A DNA stretch of 63,833 nucleotides, counting the filler, from Trichomonas gallinae (lineage: Eukaryota), in the NCBI GenBank assembly GCA_008369845.1. It is 7 parts of 7 records of this genome, joined end to end, with 100 filler letters (N's around TTAATTAATTAA, not from the genome) between each part and the next. Parts side by side here need not be neighbours in the genome. Positions count along the whole stretch, not along the records: positions 23,340 to 38,116 come from MRSU01000709.1; positions 38,217 to 50,313 come from MRSU01000712.1; 5 more parts are not named here. One strand, given 5' to 3'. Position numbers and translations under genes: made by a program. Under the pieces are notes generated by a model. The model made no database searches. It worked only from the letters and a program-made list of their open reading frames with translations, and was not told the DNA's origin. Within the stretch, counting starts at the first letter, position 1. Each line of letters starts with the position of its first letter. This document shows positions 30,191-41,500 of the stretch, one piece after another.

Positions 30191-31942
30191 TTATATTGGG
30201 GTAATTACAGCTTCCGGATCGTTATAGCTCATTTCGATCTTGACCAATGGAGACAAAAGTAGTGTTTGAGACTTAATCAAGTAAGCTTCGAATCTGGCAT
30301 CAAGAGCTTCCTTCGCGTGCGGACCAGAAGCCCTAGAGAAGAATCTCGCCAATGTGCCGAACTTAGACAGTTTGTACTGAGCTGCGAATCTCGAGCATAG
30401 AGCGTCGAGCTGTGTGATGTACATGACGAGAGTGAAAAGTGAGCGAGAAGCAAGCCCGAATCTTACTTCGGCTTCTTCGACGAGTTCGTAGAAGCGATAC
30501 TCTGTCGCGAAGAACTTCTTCAAAAACTCTTCCAGGAACTCTTCGATGTGAGTGTCAGTGACCGGGGAATACTTATTAGCAGCCTCGCATTCGGCGGCTC
30601 TGACGATATCTGCTAGTGACGGCTCTTGAGGCAGCTCGTTGCCAAATAGCTGATCGATGGCATTTGCGCACTTTGAGAACAAGTAGAGCGCATTAGATAT
30701 CGCATCTGTGCCGATTATGCATATTCGCTCATCCTGCCGCGTAATAACAAACAGTGGCATGAATGTGTCAAGGAAATAGATCAGTTGCTTGGAATGCAGC
30801 GTTCCGATTCTATGGAGAAGATCTGCAACAAGAGTTGAACGTGCGCTAAATGCAAATTTGATTGGAGTCTTCTGTGTAGAGAATGAAACTGTTGGTGAAA
30901 AGTCGAATTTTGGTAAATGATTAGTCATTAAATCGACTCTTTGTTCTGTTCTTGTCCTAGAGCTGAAAACATCAGATATACAATTCATACATCTATCTTT
31001 GAGTACATTGGCAACAATGTCATGCGGGAATGTTAATATTTCTCGCGCGTAATTTCCATATAATTCTGTAACTGCATTTCTAAGAAGAATTCCATCAAGA
31101 GATCCGGCGTAAAGTATTGCCCTATATAGTTGGTCAGCACGGACAAGAGTTTCGAAAGTAGTAAACATATAAATTTGTAAATCTGTAATAAAACGAATTG
31201 ATTCGCTCATATGTTCTGTAGTTTGGCCTTCACTACCGATAGCGACAGACCTTGAGCTGTTATTGAAGATCAAAACGGAAGGAGCCGGAACAAGTGGAAC
31301 TTTGACTTCGATATACGAAAGAGTAATTCTCTTTGCCGGTCCTGGCGCTGGAGGCGGCGGCGGTGGCTCAACCGGAGCTTCATCATCTGAAGCATTCGTG
31401 ATAACTTCATTTTTGGAAACAACAATCTGTTTAGTTTTAGGCAAAATCTCGAATATTGCAAATGCGTGTTTCATGAGAGTCTGAATTTTGAGGCCGTATG
31501 TCGAAGGAATGTTTTGTGATAATATTTGGGTAATAAAAGCTTTCTTTGTTGTTCCACTGTACATCGCCTGGACAATCATTGAGATAAACGAGAGAAGAAA
31601 TTGGCGAGGAATTTTAAGGGACTCGAACATGTAAACTGTGTTATATATTGTTTGATATTGAGGAACTTGCGATGCTTGTTTTTTATTCTGCAGTACCTGC
31701 CAAGAGTCGCCAACGACAGGATATTTCTCAACAATATTCGTTAGTTTCTGTGCAAATATTTGCGGAGAATATTTTTCTTTCAGCCATTTCACCAAAAGCT
31801 TGTTGACATTCTCCATGACACGCTTCGGCAAAAATATCTTGGCCACGATGCCGAAAGTGATGGGCGCCGTGTGAATACTTGGCGCTCTCACTGTCATTAC
31901 TTTCTGTTCTTTTGTAAAAAATCTGGCTTTGAGTGAGCTCAT
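30191..31942 (-). CDS. Divergent Sin3-like corepressor scaffold (tentative)
   Basis: PAH-like N-terminal helices, LYGNYAREIL...VANVLKDR (HID-like) and EEAEVRFGLASRSLFTL..YITQL (Sin3 C-terminal-like). Confidence 0.5.
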   Translation of the reverse strand: MSSLKARFFTKEQKVMTVRAPSIHTAPITFGIVAKIFLPKRVMENVNKLLVKWLKEKYSPQIFAQKLTNIVEKYPVVGDSWQVLQNKKQASQVPQYQTIYNTVYMFESLKIPRQFLLSFISMIVQAMYSGTTKKAFITQILSQNIPSTYGLKIQTLMKHAFAIFEILPKTKQIVVSKNEVITNASDDEAPVEPPPPPPAPGPAKRITLSYIEVKVPLVPAPSVLIFNNSSRSVAIGSEGQTTEHMSESIRFITDLQIYMFTTFETLVRADQLYRAILYAGSLDGILLRNAVTELYGNYAREILTFPHDIVANVLKDRCMNCISDVFSSRTRTEQRVDLMTNHLPKFDFSPTVSFSTQKTPIKFAFSARSTLVADLLHRIGTLHSKQLIYFLDTFMPLFVITRQDERICIIGTDAISNALYLFSKCANAIDQLFGNELPQEPSLADIVRAAECEAANKYSPVTDTHIEEFLEEFLKKFFATEYRFYELVEEAEVRFGLASRSLFTLVMYITQLDALCSRFAAQYKLSKFGTLARFFSRASGPHAKEALDARFEAYLIKSQTLLLSPLVKIEMSYNDPEAVITPI

Positions 31943-32625
31943 ACAATATTTTGTTTAGTTTATTTTTTTTGGAAATTTTTCTATCCATTTTATTGCTGTT
32001 TCTGATATATACACATTCTAATATGCTTATTTTTAAAACAAAATCTCAAATTTATCAATAATTTAATTTGTCTCGCGAAAAACCTTATTTATAGCCTATG
32101 ACTATGTATTAAATGATTTATATGGATCATAAAAAGTTTATATTTACTATCTCATCCTCTAATTATGCATGATTTTTTAGATTAAATTCAGCTTTTAACA
32201 TTATAGATCTATAACTATGATGAGTGCATTAGTATTTGTGGACATTTAATCAATTACTGCGATTAAATTTGGTTGGTCATTTCTTGAAGCATTGACAAAA
32301 GGAGTTTTTCCAACAAATATACTTTTTTTTAATATGTATCATAACCATTGTATGGCCCATGAAATATTGCTTCAATCTATACTAAAAGAGATTCTCTATT
32401 TGAAAATTAGCAAAATGTTGCAAATCTGTCAAAATGTAGTTAAACTTAGCAAAATTGCTGAGAAAGTATTGAGGAGTCTATGATCACTCTGAGAGTGAAT
32501 AAATGTATAATAGATGCATAAAGAATATCAAGTGAAGAAAATTAGATAATTTAATACAAAGTAATTTCTTTGTTTTTGATTGTAATGTTTTTTTTTTGTA
32601 AATTCCGAATATTTTGTTGTAAAGA

Positions 32626-34251
32626 TTAAATCTTTGTCATTCCGAATGGGTTCATCGGTGATGGTCTGTCATCTTCGCTGGATGATATGAACTCCTGCTT
32701 TGTCTTGCTGTTGACTACTGGTGGTTTCTGTAACACTGCTTCGTTGCCCGAGTCAGACATTGAAGCAGATGCTGGCTCTGGTTCAGATACAATATCCTTC
32801 TGGTTGGCTGGCACTGAAGGCGGCGGTGGTTTAGCGAGGACATCCTTTGCAGGAATAAGTGGCTGCATGTCTTTGGGCTGAGAGACGACGATTTCTGATG
32901 GTTTAACTTGTTTTTGTTCTTGCTTTTGTGGTGATGGCTGTTTGGGAACTGGTTTTGGTGCTGGCTTTGTCGATGGAGGCTCTACTGTCATTTTCACAGC
33001 AGATTGAGGCTGTAGCTGCTGTTGAGGGGGAGGAACAACATTTTGGGGAATAATCTGCATTGGAGGCTGAGGTAGTGGGTTTCCGTACATCATAGACTGA
33101 AGAACCTGCTGTTGCTGCATCTGCTGCTGATAGAAGAAATTGACTTGCTGCTGATGTAGTACTGGATCATATGCAGGAATCTGTTGTGCTGGGCCAACCG
33201 GCTGTTGTGGCAATGGGGACAACGAGGGCATCGGAGCGGGAGCTGGTTTCGGTGCTGGAGGTGGCGCAGTTTCCTTTGGTGCCTCTCTTTTGATTGACGT
33301 TGAGCCAATTGCTTTGGCGAGAGTCTCATCGTGCTGACGTTCACTGTCTTCAGCTGATTCAGATTGCTCATCATCTTTCTTTGATACTTCAGTTGTTGGT
33401 TTGAGAATTGATTCAATTGGCTTTCTCACGAAATTTGCTCTTTCTGCAGCAGAAAGTGATCTGCATACTGAGAGACGGCGTCCAAAGATTGTACGGCCGC
33501 ACAAATTAACGACAGCACGAACAGCTGAATCGTGATCAGCCATCATTACGTATCCGATCCTTCTTTCTGGCACAATACGTGCTGATGTGATCTGTCCGAA
33601 CTCCTGGAAGAGTTTGAGGAGGGACAGAAGTGAATTGATGTTATCTGGAAGATTTTTTACGAAAACGTTAGTAAATGTTGAGTCAAGGCTATTTTGGAAA
33701 GCCTCACTCAGTGGACGCTCAGATCTCTTAAGGAATGGACCGATTGTAATTGGTTTTCCGTTCACAGTAGAATCGACGAGTTCTTTCATCGCGCGTTCTG
33801 CGTCTTCTTCCTTGAGGAATTGGACGTATCCGAAGCCTCTGGGCTGTCCATTGATCGTTGGAATTCTGCAGGAGACGATTTCTCCATAGTTCGAAAATAA
33901 TTCGTGGAGTTGGAGGCAATCAATAGATGGGTCGAGGCCTTTGATGAACAAGTTGCCTTGTCCTGAAGCAATTGCGTTGATAATTTGACTTGTTGTTCTT
34001 GTTACGATTATACTTTCACCGTTAAGCTTCGTGTAATTGAAATCTCTCACAGCTGCCTCGGCTTCTTCTTGCAGCGTGAAGTCAATGAAGGCGTAGCAAG
34101 ATGTAGGCTTCTGTTTCAGGATAACATTGATAATTGTTCCTGATTCGGAGAATAACGACTTCAAAAACTCGACAGTGACGTTTGGTGGTAGATTTGCAAT
34201 GTGAATTCCGTTTTCTTTCGGCTCAAAATGAACTTTACGAAAGCCTTTCAT
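32626..34251 (-). CDS. PABP-like RNA-binding protein, 3 RRMs plus P/Q-rich tail
   Basis: CYAFIDF, GNLFIKGLD...RGFGYVQF and FTNVFVKNL match PABP RRM1-3. Confidence 0.8.
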   Translation of the reverse strand: MKGFRKVHFEPKENGIHIANLPPNVTVEFLKSLFSESGTIINVILKQKPTSCYAFIDFTLQEEAEAAVRDFNYTKLNGESIIVTRTTSQIINAIASGQGNLFIKGLDPSIDCLQLHELFSNYGEIVSCRIPTINGQPRGFGYVQFLKEEDAERAMKELVDSTVNGKPITIGPFLKRSERPLSEAFQNSLDSTFTNVFVKNLPDNINSLLSLLKLFQEFGQITSARIVPERRIGYVMMADHDSAVRAVVNLCGRTIFGRRLSVCRSLSAAERANFVRKPIESILKPTTEVSKKDDEQSESAEDSERQHDETLAKAIGSTSIKREAPKETAPPPAPKPAPAPMPSLSPLPQQPVGPAQQIPAYDPVLHQQQVNFFYQQQMQQQQVLQSMMYGNPLPQPPMQIIPQNVVPPPQQQLQPQSAVKMTVEPPSTKPAPKPVPKQPSPQKQEQKQVKPSEIVVSQPKDMQPLIPAKDVLAKPPPPSVPANQKDIVSEPEPASASMSDSGNEAVLQKPPVVNSKTKQEFISSSEDDRPSPMNPFGMTKI

Positions 34252-34370
34252 AGAAAATCAAGAATTTGACATCAAAAAAGTGCCAACTCAAAATAATCGT
34301 TATCGTCGATTTCACTTCAACTCTATTTTTTCTAAACGTATGTAATCATACATTGATATAAATAGTTGAC

Positions 34371-34570
34371 GCTGTAAGTTTTATATAATGCATGATATGA
34401 TCTATTGGACTTAAGTCTATTGATTCAGCAGATAAGATAATTTTTTGTCACTTTGATTTTCAAAAAATTTCAACTCTTTTGATAACTGAAGCTGAAAAAG
34501 TTATATAAAGATTGTGCAGACCTATTGAACTTAAGTCTATTATTTCAGCAGATAAGATATTTTTTTGTTC
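34371..34570. repeat. 120-bp-period diverged duplication
   Basis: CTATTG.ACTTAAGTCTATT..TTCAGCAGATAAGATA at about 34402 and 34522. Confidence 0.8.
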
Positions 34571-35282
34571 ATCATTTTTTGTCACTTTTGTAACATCAAA
34601 TTAAACATTGTCACTAACAAGAGGTGTAGTAACAATTGAAAATACTTTTTGGAAATTGAAACTTTGGCATATAAATGCTCTATCTTCTTGCGTGATATAT
34701 GCAAAATCACATAATTCTTCAAAAATATTTCGATAGTCTTTGAAACGTCTTTAATTATTAAAAGAAAGATGATACCCATTCGATTTTTCTATGAAAGATG
34801 CCAATTAATAGGTCAAACTCAACTTTTGAAACACAATGTAGAAATCACATTTTTTTTATTCTAGGATTTTGACATTGATTCAGTATAATTTGATTAGATA
34901 TATCTTACTATAATTGTTCTGAAATGTGTTTCTCACATTTTAAATAATAAAAAGATGAAACAAAAACATATTTGTGATTTTATACAATGACAATCTTTTT
35001 CACATTTCTGCTGCACATATAACAGTTGTACCAATAAATCATTATAATGATATCTATGATTAGTTGCATGAAACTCAATAGTTCACCAATAGGTTGATTG
35101 TTATGAATGAAAAAAAAAAAAAAAAAAAAAAGATGTAAATCGTTCATTTTAAGTTTGAGTCGTTTTTTGTTTTCCATTCAATGGCTTATCATACAATAAA
35201 TTTAGAAATCTATGAAAACAAGACTATCTTTTAGGTATAGACAATACATCAAGAATTTATTCAAAACATTTAAGAAAACACA

Positions 35283-36155
35283 TCATTTATAAACATCGGT
35301 GTTTTTGATTAAATATCTATCTTTAAACTGCTCTCCAAGTACTTGGCAACACTTATTCCGTCTGGCTACATGATTTGGATGAGAGCTAATGCCTGCTTTA
35401 GAAACTCCTTGCAGTTTTATATCTAAATTAACTGGAGGCTTTCGAGTTTCAGCTGTTACAATAAAGTTCATAAGCATATCTTCGCAATTGTTCATTGATG
35501 CTACCATTTCTCTCTGAAGCTGATATTTTGATGAATGATAATATTCCATAAATTTTAGGTCCAAAATCGAAAAACCTGTTAAAATCATGTTGTAATTATC
35601 GTAGCTACCAAACACGTAGTGTGTTTTTTCACATGTTCTTGTAACAGGACCCGCAACTCTATCAGAAAAGTTCATTGATTGATATATATAGAAAGTCTTA
35701 TTCATTTCAGACATATCGAAAACTATGTCATCATCAAGTGATAACACAGTTCGCGTTCGAATACTTGAAGGAATCAAAAATCTTGCTGACAAGTCACGAT
35801 CAACTGTGTCAATAACAGAGAATCTAGGATAAATGAGTTCCATGTCGTAGTAAGAGTCAGGCAGTGCTTGAGACCTGTTGAAATCGTTCCAATATAGAAA
35901 AATATGGTCGACGAACGAAAAATTCGAATTTAATATGTGCATTATATTCTTTGTGACAATATCAACTCTCTCGTGATGCGTCGGAATGATTATCGTCAAC
36001 TTATTTTTATTGAAAGTATTATTTGGAACACGTGTTAACAGAGTGAATTTGTTTCGATTTATTAATGCATGAATTAACGGCTCTTGTATCGGCAACCATG
36101 ATAACAAGGCTAGAGCTATAACACCACCAAAGCCTAGCCTCTGAATTAATCCCAT
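35283..36155 (-). CDS. GT64 (EXTL2-like alpha-HexNAc transferase), paralog 1
   Basis: N-terminal anchor, LSARF, TRTVLSLDDD, YNMILTG, NCEDMLMNF, GIS...H...R..C. Confidence 0.88.
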   Translation of the reverse strand: MGLIQRLGFGGVIALALLSWLPIQEPLIHALINRNKFTLLTRVPNNTFNKNKLTIIIPTHHERVDIVTKNIMHILNSNFSFVDHIFLYWNDFNRSQALPDSYYDMELIYPRFSVIDTVDRDLSARFLIPSSIRTRTVLSLDDDIVFDMSEMNKTFYIYQSMNFSDRVAGPVTRTCEKTHYVFGSYDNYNMILTGFSILDLKFMEYYHSSKYQLQREMVASMNNCEDMLMNFIVTAETRKPPVNLDIKLQGVSKAGISSHPNHVARRNKCCQVLGEQFKDRYLIKNTDVYK

Positions 36156-36732
36156 TTGAAAAAAAATTCTTTCATATATTTTCTAAAATTAATGAGATTA
36201 CGAATCCTCATGTTATGATTTCCGAAACAAAACAATTATTATAACAACGACGATAACAACTATTAATTACGAATGTTTTGAATTGTTAATTAATTAAAAA
36301 AAAAAAGTTAGAAAAATGCCATAATTAGAAATGCAATATAATACCATTAATACAAGTTTTCAAACAAACAAATGCATCGAGTTTAAACTTTTCCGAATCT
36401 TTTTGATAGAGGGTAACAATTCAAATATTATGAGGCGGCTCCGTAGTTCAGTTTTGATAATGATACGAAACAAAATAATATGAGTGACATGTCATTTTAT
36501 TATTTTTAATTTGAACTTGACATATTAGTATTATAAGAAATAAAATCAACAATACAAATTTACTAGACAAAAGGATTCAAAATTAATTCAAAACAATTGA
36601 AGTCGACTCAAAATAATTAATTAATAATTAGCTTACCAAAAAATAATATAATGGAAATACAAAGCTTTATAATTTGAAATTCAAGATTGACTTTTGAACG
36701 AAAAAAATTGAGATGGAAAAAAAGTGGATAAA

Positions 36733-37602
36733 TTAATATATCATTGAATTGCTCATTAAGTTTCTATCTTTAAATTGCTCTCCGAACACTTTACAACAAC
36801 GGAATCGCTTGGAAGCATGTTTTGGATCATTGCTTATGCCAGTTTTGGCAACTCCTTGGATACGAATTTCTAAATTAGCAGGAGGCTTTCTAGTTTCGGC
36901 CGTTGCTATGAAGTTCATAAGAATATCTTCACAGTTATTCAATTGACCCACAAAATCTCTCTGTTGCTGATATTTTGGCAAATTATAAAATTCCATTAAT
37001 TTTACGTCCAAAAATGCCCAGTTAGTCAAAATCATGTTGTAGTTGTCACGATAACCCCACACGTAAGATTCTTTTTGGCAACCTCTCGTAGTAGGGCCGG
37101 CGACTCTATTTGCCAAATTTAATGATTTGTATTTCTCGAAGGTCTTATTCAATTCATACATATCGAAAACCAAGTCATCATCAAGAGCCAAAACTGTTCG
37201 AGTTTTAATATTCGAAGGAATCAAAAATCTTGCAGATAAATCGCGATCAACTGTGTCAATAACAGAGAATCTAGGATAAATGAGTTCCATGTCGTAGTAA
37301 GAGTCAGGTAGTGCTTGAGACTTGTTGAAATCGTTCCAATATAGAAAAATATGGTCGACGAACGAAAAATTTGAATTCAGCATGTACATCACATTCTTTG
37401 TGACAATGCTAACTCTCTCATGATGCGTCGGAATGATTATTGTTAGTTTATTTTCATTTAATGTAATATTTGGAGCTCGTTTTAGAAGAAATATTTTGTT
37501 TGAATTTATTAATGCGTGAATATATAGGTCTTGCGAAGGTAAGAATGATAGCAAGGCTAAAGCTATAACACCACAAAAGCCAAGCTTCTGAATAAGGCCC
37601 AT
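36733..37602 (-). CDS. GT64 (EXTL2-like), tandem paralog 2
   Basis: Same motifs (LALDDD, NCEDILMNF); collinear with paralog 1. Confidence 0.88.
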   Translation of the reverse strand: MGLIQKLGFCGVIALALLSFLPSQDLYIHALINSNKIFLLKRAPNITLNENKLTIIIPTHHERVSIVTKNVMYMLNSNFSFVDHIFLYWNDFNKSQALPDSYYDMELIYPRFSVIDTVDRDLSARFLIPSNIKTRTVLALDDDLVFDMYELNKTFEKYKSLNLANRVAGPTTRGCQKESYVWGYRDNYNMILTNWAFLDVKLMEFYNLPKYQQQRDFVGQLNNCEDILMNFIATAETRKPPANLEIRIQGVAKTGISNDPKHASKRFRCCKVFGEQFKDRNLMSNSMIY

Positions 37603-38045
37603 TTGAAAAAATTCATAGAATTTTCCTCAAAAACAAAGATAATTATAGTACACACAATCCTCACATTGTTATTGTTTGAATGACGCTAAATTTTTTTTTT
37701 CTGAAATGCATAAGGATAGGAACATAGAATTTTTTTTTTAATATCTATTAATAATGTGCATGATAGGCCAATAGAGGAAAATTATAAGACAACAATCGAT
37801 TGTTTTTGTGAGAGAATTCCGAATCATATTAAGAGATTTTCGAAACTTTTTTTGAGAGATGTTCAAATATTGAATTTGAATGAAAACAGAGATTGAATTG
37901 AAATATGAATAGAGTCCGATATTGTAACACAATATAATGATCTCGAAATTAAAAAAATTATAGTTCGAGTTCTTCAAAATTGATAGATTATTGAAAAGAA
38001 TATACATTAATAGCACATATTAAAATAATAATTATTAAATGTGAA

Positions 38046-38116
38046 GCCTGTGTAGCTCAACCGGATAGAGCATAAGACTCTTAATCTTGGGGTTGCGGGT
38101 TCGAGTCCCGCCACTG
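38046..38116 (+). tRNA. tRNA-Lys(CTT), 3' end cut by gap
   Basis: GCCTGTG-TAGCTCAACCGGATAGAGC, stem TAAGA/TCTTG, anticodon CTT at 38080-38082, GCGGG-TTCGAGT-CCCGC. Confidence 0.93.
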
Positions 38117-38216
38117 NNNNNNNNNNNNNNNNNNNNNNNNNNNNNNNNNNNNNNNNNNNNTTAATTAATTAANNNNNNNNNNNNNNNNNNNNNNNNNNNN
38201 NNNNNNNNNNNNNNNN
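38117..38216. other. Artificial contig linker
   Basis: 44N-TTAATTAATTAA-44N. Confidence 0.98.
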
Positions 38217-38526
38217 AATTCATCGAAGTTTAGATCTCGAGCGAGATCAACAGAAGGCGCAATGTCTGAGGCATACACAGTCTCATGAGAGCCTGTCACT
38301 TTTTCGTTCCGCATTTCGGTACAGGACAATTTTCTAATTTTCATACTACTCAGAAGCGAATTAAGGATTTCAGATATTATCTACCAAAGTTGCACCTAAA
38401 CAATTTCTTGTTTTAAATATATTGATGTCTTAAAAAGGTTGTGGATTATGGAAAGTTAGATATAGATTTTTATTCGATTAACAATCGGGAATAAATAAAA
38501 AATAACGATTTATAACAAAAGAAAAA

Positions 38527-41500
38527 TTAATTAACGCAAAATGCCGTTTGAAGTAGAGAAAGTGCTGCTTCACGGTCTATAAGTGCCAGATTCCTAAGCT
38601 TCTCGATTATGAACTTCGACTTCTCGAACTTGCCGACGATCTTATTGTAGTTCGATAATCTTCTCTTCGCTTTCTCAAGAAGAAGCCTTATTGTCTCATC
38701 ATTAGCCTCACAGTAAACACCAAGTGGCGGGCCGAGCTCATTCATCACGAGCTCGTTCGATGATGGTGCATTGCCGAGGATGATCTCGTTAGCAAGTGCC
38801 AAAGCCAGTTCAGTCAATCCAGCTTCCTCTTGGATTTTGACACCCATGATTCCGCTGGCAGTCTGAAGTCTCTGGACTGTGAGTTTGCTGTCTGGAGACA
38901 ATGGGTAGCTTGTTGAGCGTGTCATTACAGCCGGCTTGTGTGTGGTGAGCTTCGTAGACAAAGATTCGCATGAACTTGTCAATGCATTGAAGTTATCGTC
39001 GAATAAATTCTTGAGAGAATCAACTGATCTGCATAATTGCGAGAATCTTAGTTCAGACTGCTCTTTCGCTTCCTTGATGATCTTCGAGTAGTCCTTGATT
39101 TGCTTATCTTTCTCTGCGTTCTGTCTTTCGAGCTTCTTGATTGTCACAGCTTGGCTCTTTAACTGCTGATGAATGTCTTCCAACAGCTTAGGATCGTTTT
39201 CTGCTCTTATTGACTCCAGTCTTCCCTTGACTTTGACGAGAGACGTCTTGAGGATCTTCGTGTCTGAGTTGTACTTCTTCGTCAACTCATTCAACTGTTC
39301 CTTCAAACTGCTGTTCTCTTCCTTCAGAGCTGCTTTTTCGTCTTTGCCTGTGTTGGTGTTGTTGTTATCTGGGCATGGGTTGTTCTTTGATGTCTTCAAG
39401 TTCTTGTTTTCTGTTTTCAGCTTCTTCAACTGCTTGACAGCTGAGTTGAGAGCTTTCTCTACTTCTGTTTTCTGCTTTTGAGACTCAATGACTTTCTCTT
39501 TGGCGGAAGAAATCCTCTCCGATAATTCTTTTTCTTCACTCGGCTCAATGAATAATGTCAGGAAATCGTTGACTTCAGTCTCGTTCTTCTTGAGTTCGTC
39601 CTCAAGCTCGCGAAGTCTTGACGCAAGATCGTCGAGTTTGTCTGTCTCCGATTTCTGATCATCACTGGTTTGTAACTTAGCCTTAATATCATCGCTTTCT
39701 TGTGTCAAGTTATTGAGTCTTTCCTGCTTGAGCTGGTTGTTTTCGATCTTGAGTGCTTCGTTTTCTAGTATTAACTTCTGGTTCTCTGTTTCGTTTTCTT
39801 TGTTCTTTGTCTTCATCTCATTCAACTCTTTCTCGAGATCTGTTAATTTATTATCTGGTTGGTTTTCTTCTTTAACATTTTGTGGTTGTTCGAGTTTAGC
39901 CTTGAGTTCTTTGTTTTCGTTTAACAAGTTTTCGTTTTCTGTTTGCAATTCTTTGTTTGTTGTGCATAACTGATCCAAGTCTGTATATAGCTTCTTCATC
40001 TTCTCATCATCGACGTCTTTACTTGCTGCGTTATTTCTGAGCTGTGAGTTCTCTTCTTCGAGGGATGAAATGCGTTGGGACATTTGTTCAAGTTGTTCGC
40101 TCATTGCTTTCTCTGTCTCGCCGTTGTTGTTGAAGTTTGTCTTGTATTGTTCATTAGAGATTCGAAGGGCTTCGAGATCTAAACTCATTTGTTCGTTCTT
40201 GCTTGTGAGTTCTTCAATTTGTTGCTTAGATGATTCGATTTCATGCTTAGATGATTCAAGGTCATTGCGGAGCTGTGAGTTGTCTGATTCGAGCTTAGAG
40301 ACAGAATTAGACATGGATTCAAGCTGTTCTGTCATCATCTTCTCTGTTTCGTTTGCATTTGCTTCTTTCTGTTTGTATTGTGTGTTTTCTATCTGGAGAC
40401 CTTCTAACTCGAGTTTGAGGTGTTCATTCTCTGTCTTCTGAGATTCGAGATTCTCACTCAACTCTTTCTGTGTTGATTGAAGTTTCTCATACATGTTCTC
40501 GAGTTTTTCTGTCTGTTCCTTGATTGATATCTCCAATTTCTCATTGTCCTTGACCAAATTCTCGTTTTCTTGTTTCAATGACTGAATTTGTTGCTTGACA
40601 TCTGCATTAGAGTTCTTCTCTTCTTCGAGACTCTTCTTAAGTTCAGCATTTTCTTTCTCGAGATTAGCTAACTTGTCATTATCACTTTCGGATTTAGCTT
40701 CTCCAGTTGATTTTGCACTTTCTTGATTTGCATTCTTGAGTTGCTCATTTTCTTGTTTGAGGGATTCTGTGCTGTTTCTGAGCTGTGAGTTCTCTTCTTC
40801 GAGGGATGTAATGTGTTGGGACATTTGCTCAAGTTGTTCGCTCATTGCTTTCTCTGTCTCGCTGTTGTTGATGATGTTTGTCTTGTATTGTTCATTAGAA
40901 ATTCGAAGGGCTTCGAGATCTAAACTCATTTGTTCGTTCTTTGATGTCAGTTCTTCGATTTGTTGCTTAGACGACTCAAGTTCATTGCGAAGCCGTGAGT
41001 TGTCTGATTCGAGCTTAGAGACAGAGTTAGACATTGATTCAAGCTGTTCTGTCATCATCTTCTCTGTTTCATTTGCATTTGAAACTGTTTGCTTGATTTG
41101 TTCGTTTTCGATCTGCAAGGCTTCGTTCTTCATATTAAGCTGTTCAACTTCACTGCGAAGATTGGAGTTATTTGATTCTAGCTGAGAAAGATCATTTGAC
41201 ATTTTTTCGAGTTGCTCTGACATCATTTTTTCTGTTTCATTTGCGTTAGCTTCATTCTGCTTGTACTGGTTGTTCTCTATTTTCAGTCCTTCGAGCTCTA
41301 ATTTAAGATTCTCATTTTCATTTCTTAGTTGTTCTTCATTTTGCTTTGTTGTTTCGTGCTCAGCTGCAACTTCATTGAGTTGTTCGTTCTCCTTCTTAAG
41401 GTCTTCCAATTGAAGTTTAAGATTTTCAAATTCATTTTTGAGTTTTTCTTTATTTTGTTCGTTTTCTTCGTTTGTAGATTTGAGTTTCTCGTTTTCTGTC

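Noticed and set aside
38217..38345. Open minus-strand frame MKIRKLSCTEMRNEKV running into the gap
   Set aside because: No recognisable motif; cannot tell a gene start from a repeat.
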